Of a stretch of DNA of 64,000 bases, positions 61,521-64,000 are shown piece by piece (the first letter of the stretch is position 1; each line of letters begins with the position of its first letter). The notes beneath the pieces were generated by a model that ran no database searches, was not told the DNA's origin, and saw nothing but the letters and a program-made list of their open reading frames with translations. Made by a program: the position numbers and the translations under genes. The stretch is from Azolla caroliniana (lineage: Eukaryota; Plantae; Polypodiophyta), in assembly GCA_043228905.1 (NCBI GenBank), contig CM091651.1, positions 1 to 64,000 of the forward strand, read 5' to 3'.

Positions 61521-61643
61521 TTAGAGAGATGATCCCAGCCCCGAATAGGCTCCGTAAAAAAATATCCCTAACAATCCTATTACAAGTGTACCAGCTACAG
61601 TCCCGATCAACCACAAAGGAATCCTTCCAGTGGTATTGGTCGT
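61521..61643 (-). CDS. psbJ: Photosystem II protein J, ACG start
   Basis: (M)[17 protein letters not shown]...[13 protein letters not shown]. Confidence 0.97.
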   Translation of the reverse strand, partial: TTNTTGRIPLWLIGTVAGTLVIGLLGIFFYGAYSGLGSSL

Positions 61644-61773
61644 TTGTACCACCCCCTCCCCTTACCCTACTTCGTTTGGTTCCACCACTCGGTCACGACT
61701 TAAGACATGAACGGTCACGAATGATTAGGATTTTGATCTTCCTTCGCTCGAAGTTAACGATCGTTTTCCATCC

Positions 61774-61890
61774 TTAATTGAAGAAATAATTAGAAAAAAG
61801 GACAGCAAGTACAAGGATCAGTAATAGTCCCCAGTAAAGGCTTGTGCGATTCAATTCTACACTTTGTTTATTTGGATTTGGTTGTGTCAT
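61774..61890 (-). CDS. psbL: Photosystem II protein L
   Basis: [24 protein letters not shown]...SNYFFN*. Confidence 0.98.
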   Translation of the reverse strand: MTQPNPNKQSVELNRTSLYWGLLLILVLAVLFSNYFFN

Positions 61891-61912
61891 AGATTCAAAA
61901 CTCATGTAAAAA

Positions 61913-62041
<129 letters not shown>

Positions 62042-62293
62042 CTAAAATGGTTTAGTAAACGCATCAACCTGTTCCAACGAGTCGAAACGGCCGGTTATTA
62101 AAGGAACTTCTTGTCGGTTCTCAGAGAAATATTCGTTAGGGCGGGGGCTTCCAAAAACATCATAAGCTAAACCTGTACTGACAAAAAGCCAACCTGCTAT
62201 AAACGGGGAGGGTATAGTGATGCTGTGGATGACCCAGTATCAAGTACTAGTAATGATGTCGGCAAAGGGACGTTCTCCTGTATTCCCAGACGT
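62042..62293 (-). CDS. psbE: Cytochrome b559 alpha subunit, ACG start, in-frame TGA at 62240-62242
   Basis: (M)[26 protein letters not shown]...GSPRPNEYF, 83 codons. Confidence 0.97.
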
Positions 62294-62808
62294 GTTTAGC
62301 TCCGTATTTCTATCTCGTGATACTCAACTTAAAAGGATTTTTTTTTGTAAGGAAGTAGCGACACTGAAGGGTCAGGGATCCGCCAGCGCACCTCACCGAA
62401 CCGGAATCAATCCAAAAAGGTTGTCACTATTATACCAAGGGTATATCGTAAATATACTGGATAAGTATAGCTATCCTCCCTTCGATGCGGCAAGCCATAC
62501 TAAAAAGTACCGGTGGGTACGCAACAAGTTGTTATGGACTATCTGTAATCCTTCCTTTTGCGTCATTTTAAGTTAAGTCGATAAGAAAAAAAACTATAAG
62601 AAAATCTTTTTTTTTTCTTACTTAATTTGATCTTAAAAAAAAAAGTCTTCGTTATCCTATTGGATCAGTCGTTCCCACACAAAAGCACACTTTCCGGTGT
62701 TATTCTAGTCAAATTGAGAAAGTCTTAGTCAATAACAAAAATATTTAGTAAAAAATATCATAAAATTGTATACTAAATTATCTGTTAGATAATTTGGTAT
62801 TTAAACCC

Positions 62809-62904
62809 ATGCTCACTCTACCAAGCTATTTTGCCTTTTTGACATCCGTACTAACTTTAACTTTAGCATTATTTGTTGGATCGAACAAGATTAAGATTCC
62901 GTGA
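62809..62904 (+). CDS. petL: Cytochrome b6/f subunit VI
   Basis: MLTLPSYFAFL...LFVGSNKIKIP*, 31 aa, syntenic. Confidence 0.93.
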   Translation: MLTLPSYFAFLTSVLTLTLALFVGSNKIKIP

Positions 62905-63056
62905 GATAGCAGTATCGTCTTCTATAGGGGGAAGGAACAAAGGAGAGCCCACGCACGGGCGCTTAGCAATTCACTGTACCCACCAAAAATTGCTCGCTGG
63001 TTGAAGAGATTGAACCTGCCTGGGTGAGTATTTGTATTAGATATCTACGAACTTAA

Positions 63057-63173
63057 ATGGTTGAAGCATTATTATCCGGAATTGTGCTAGGTTCGATCCC
63101 AATAACCTTAGCTGGTTCATTTGTAACCGCATATTCACAATACAGACGTGGTGACCAGTTGGATATTAGATAA
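63057..63173 (+). CDS. petG: Cytochrome b6/f subunit V
   Basis: [12 protein letters not shown]...[11 protein letters not shown]. Confidence 0.97.
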   Translation: MVEALLSGIVLGSIPITLAGSFVTAYSQYRRGDQLDIR

Positions 63174-63462
63174 AAATTAACAACTTTGGGTCTGATAGGA
63201 CAATTAAATGAATGGGAAATAGAAATACAGATATCTATAGATATCTTATGCTTTTTTTTTCCCATTTCTATTTCTGTTTCCTTCTAGCACCCGATTATTC
63301 TATTTTGTAGTGAGTCCGAAAGAAAAGCTCATCCGGTAAAAGAGATATGTCCGGCGACAATAGCAATATATATAGATATTTTTCTTCTTTCTGTCTCTTC
63401 TTGCTTCTACATTTTAAAACACATATGAAGCAGACTCACTCTGTTAGTTCAGAGATCATAAA

Positions 63463-63536
63463 CACGCCCTGTAGGATTCGAACCTACGACATCGGGTTTT
63501 GGAGACCCGCGTTCTACCTAACTGAACTAAAGGCGC
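63463..63536 (-). tRNA. trnW-CCA: tRNA-Trp(CCA)
   Basis: GCGCCTTTAGTTCAG...CTCCAAA loop. Confidence 0.97.
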
Positions 63537-63702
63537 TTCTCCACCACTGACTGGAGTTTTTCTTTGGGAGAGTAAGGGTGGCGGGACGACAAAAGGGCCC
63601 ACCCCTTATTCTTCCAAAGAAAAACAACGAATAGATTTTTCTTATGAATGGGATTTTCTATTCCACCCCCTAAGCTCCATGATTTGCGCATTGATAAGAA
63701 AA

Positions 63703-63776
63703 TAGGGATGACGGGATTTGAACCTGCGGCATCTTGTACCCAAAACAAACGCGCTACCGAACTGCGCTACATCCCT
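63703..63776 (-). tRNA. trnP-UGG: tRNA-Pro(UGG)
   Basis: AGGGATGTAGCGCAG...TTTGGGT loop. Confidence 0.96.
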
Positions 63777-64000
63777 ATATTCATCGTGATTGGCATCACT
63801 GATATGAAATTAGCCGATCCGATTCGATTATAACCGATTATTAGATGTACTCGCCACCGGCAGAGTAAAAAGAAATATTTAAGTGTTGTATTGTACGATT
63901 CCGAATCCTCGAATCTAAAAGTAATTTCCTAACTTTTCGGGAGGAAAGGATCGATAAGGAGGCTTTTCTTTTTTTTTTTGGTAGGATGCAAAGGATTTGG

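Overview
This is about 64 kb of the large single-copy region of a fern chloroplast genome (core leptosporangiate, probably Polypodiales), running from ndhB to trnP-UGG. The placement rests on a free-standing matK without trnK, retained chlB, psaM and psb30, the order rpoB-trnD-trnY-trnE-psbM-petN-trnC-trnG-psbZ, and no trnT-UGU between rps4 and trnL. The fragmented ORF track does not reflect pseudogenes: no frameshifts were seen. Instead there are 21-22 in-frame stops (mostly at conserved Gln/Arg codons), about 15-17 ACG starts and two CAA codons at conserved stop positions, which is the signature of bidirectional (C-to-U and U-to-C) RNA editing. The most notable observations are a remodelled tRNA-like gene with a CTG anticodon at the trnR-CCG locus (rbcL-accD), two cytidines that each serve both the ndhC and ndhK frames, a non-canonical GCGUG 5' splice site plus a domain V mismatch in the rpoC1 intron, tRNA genes needing repair (trnL C34, trnS-GGA C33, trnP T-stem), and repeated opposite-direction edit pairs 2 nt apart. 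All editing is inferred from DNA and protein conservation; no RNA data were available. No mobile element, CRISPR array or foreign insertion was found.
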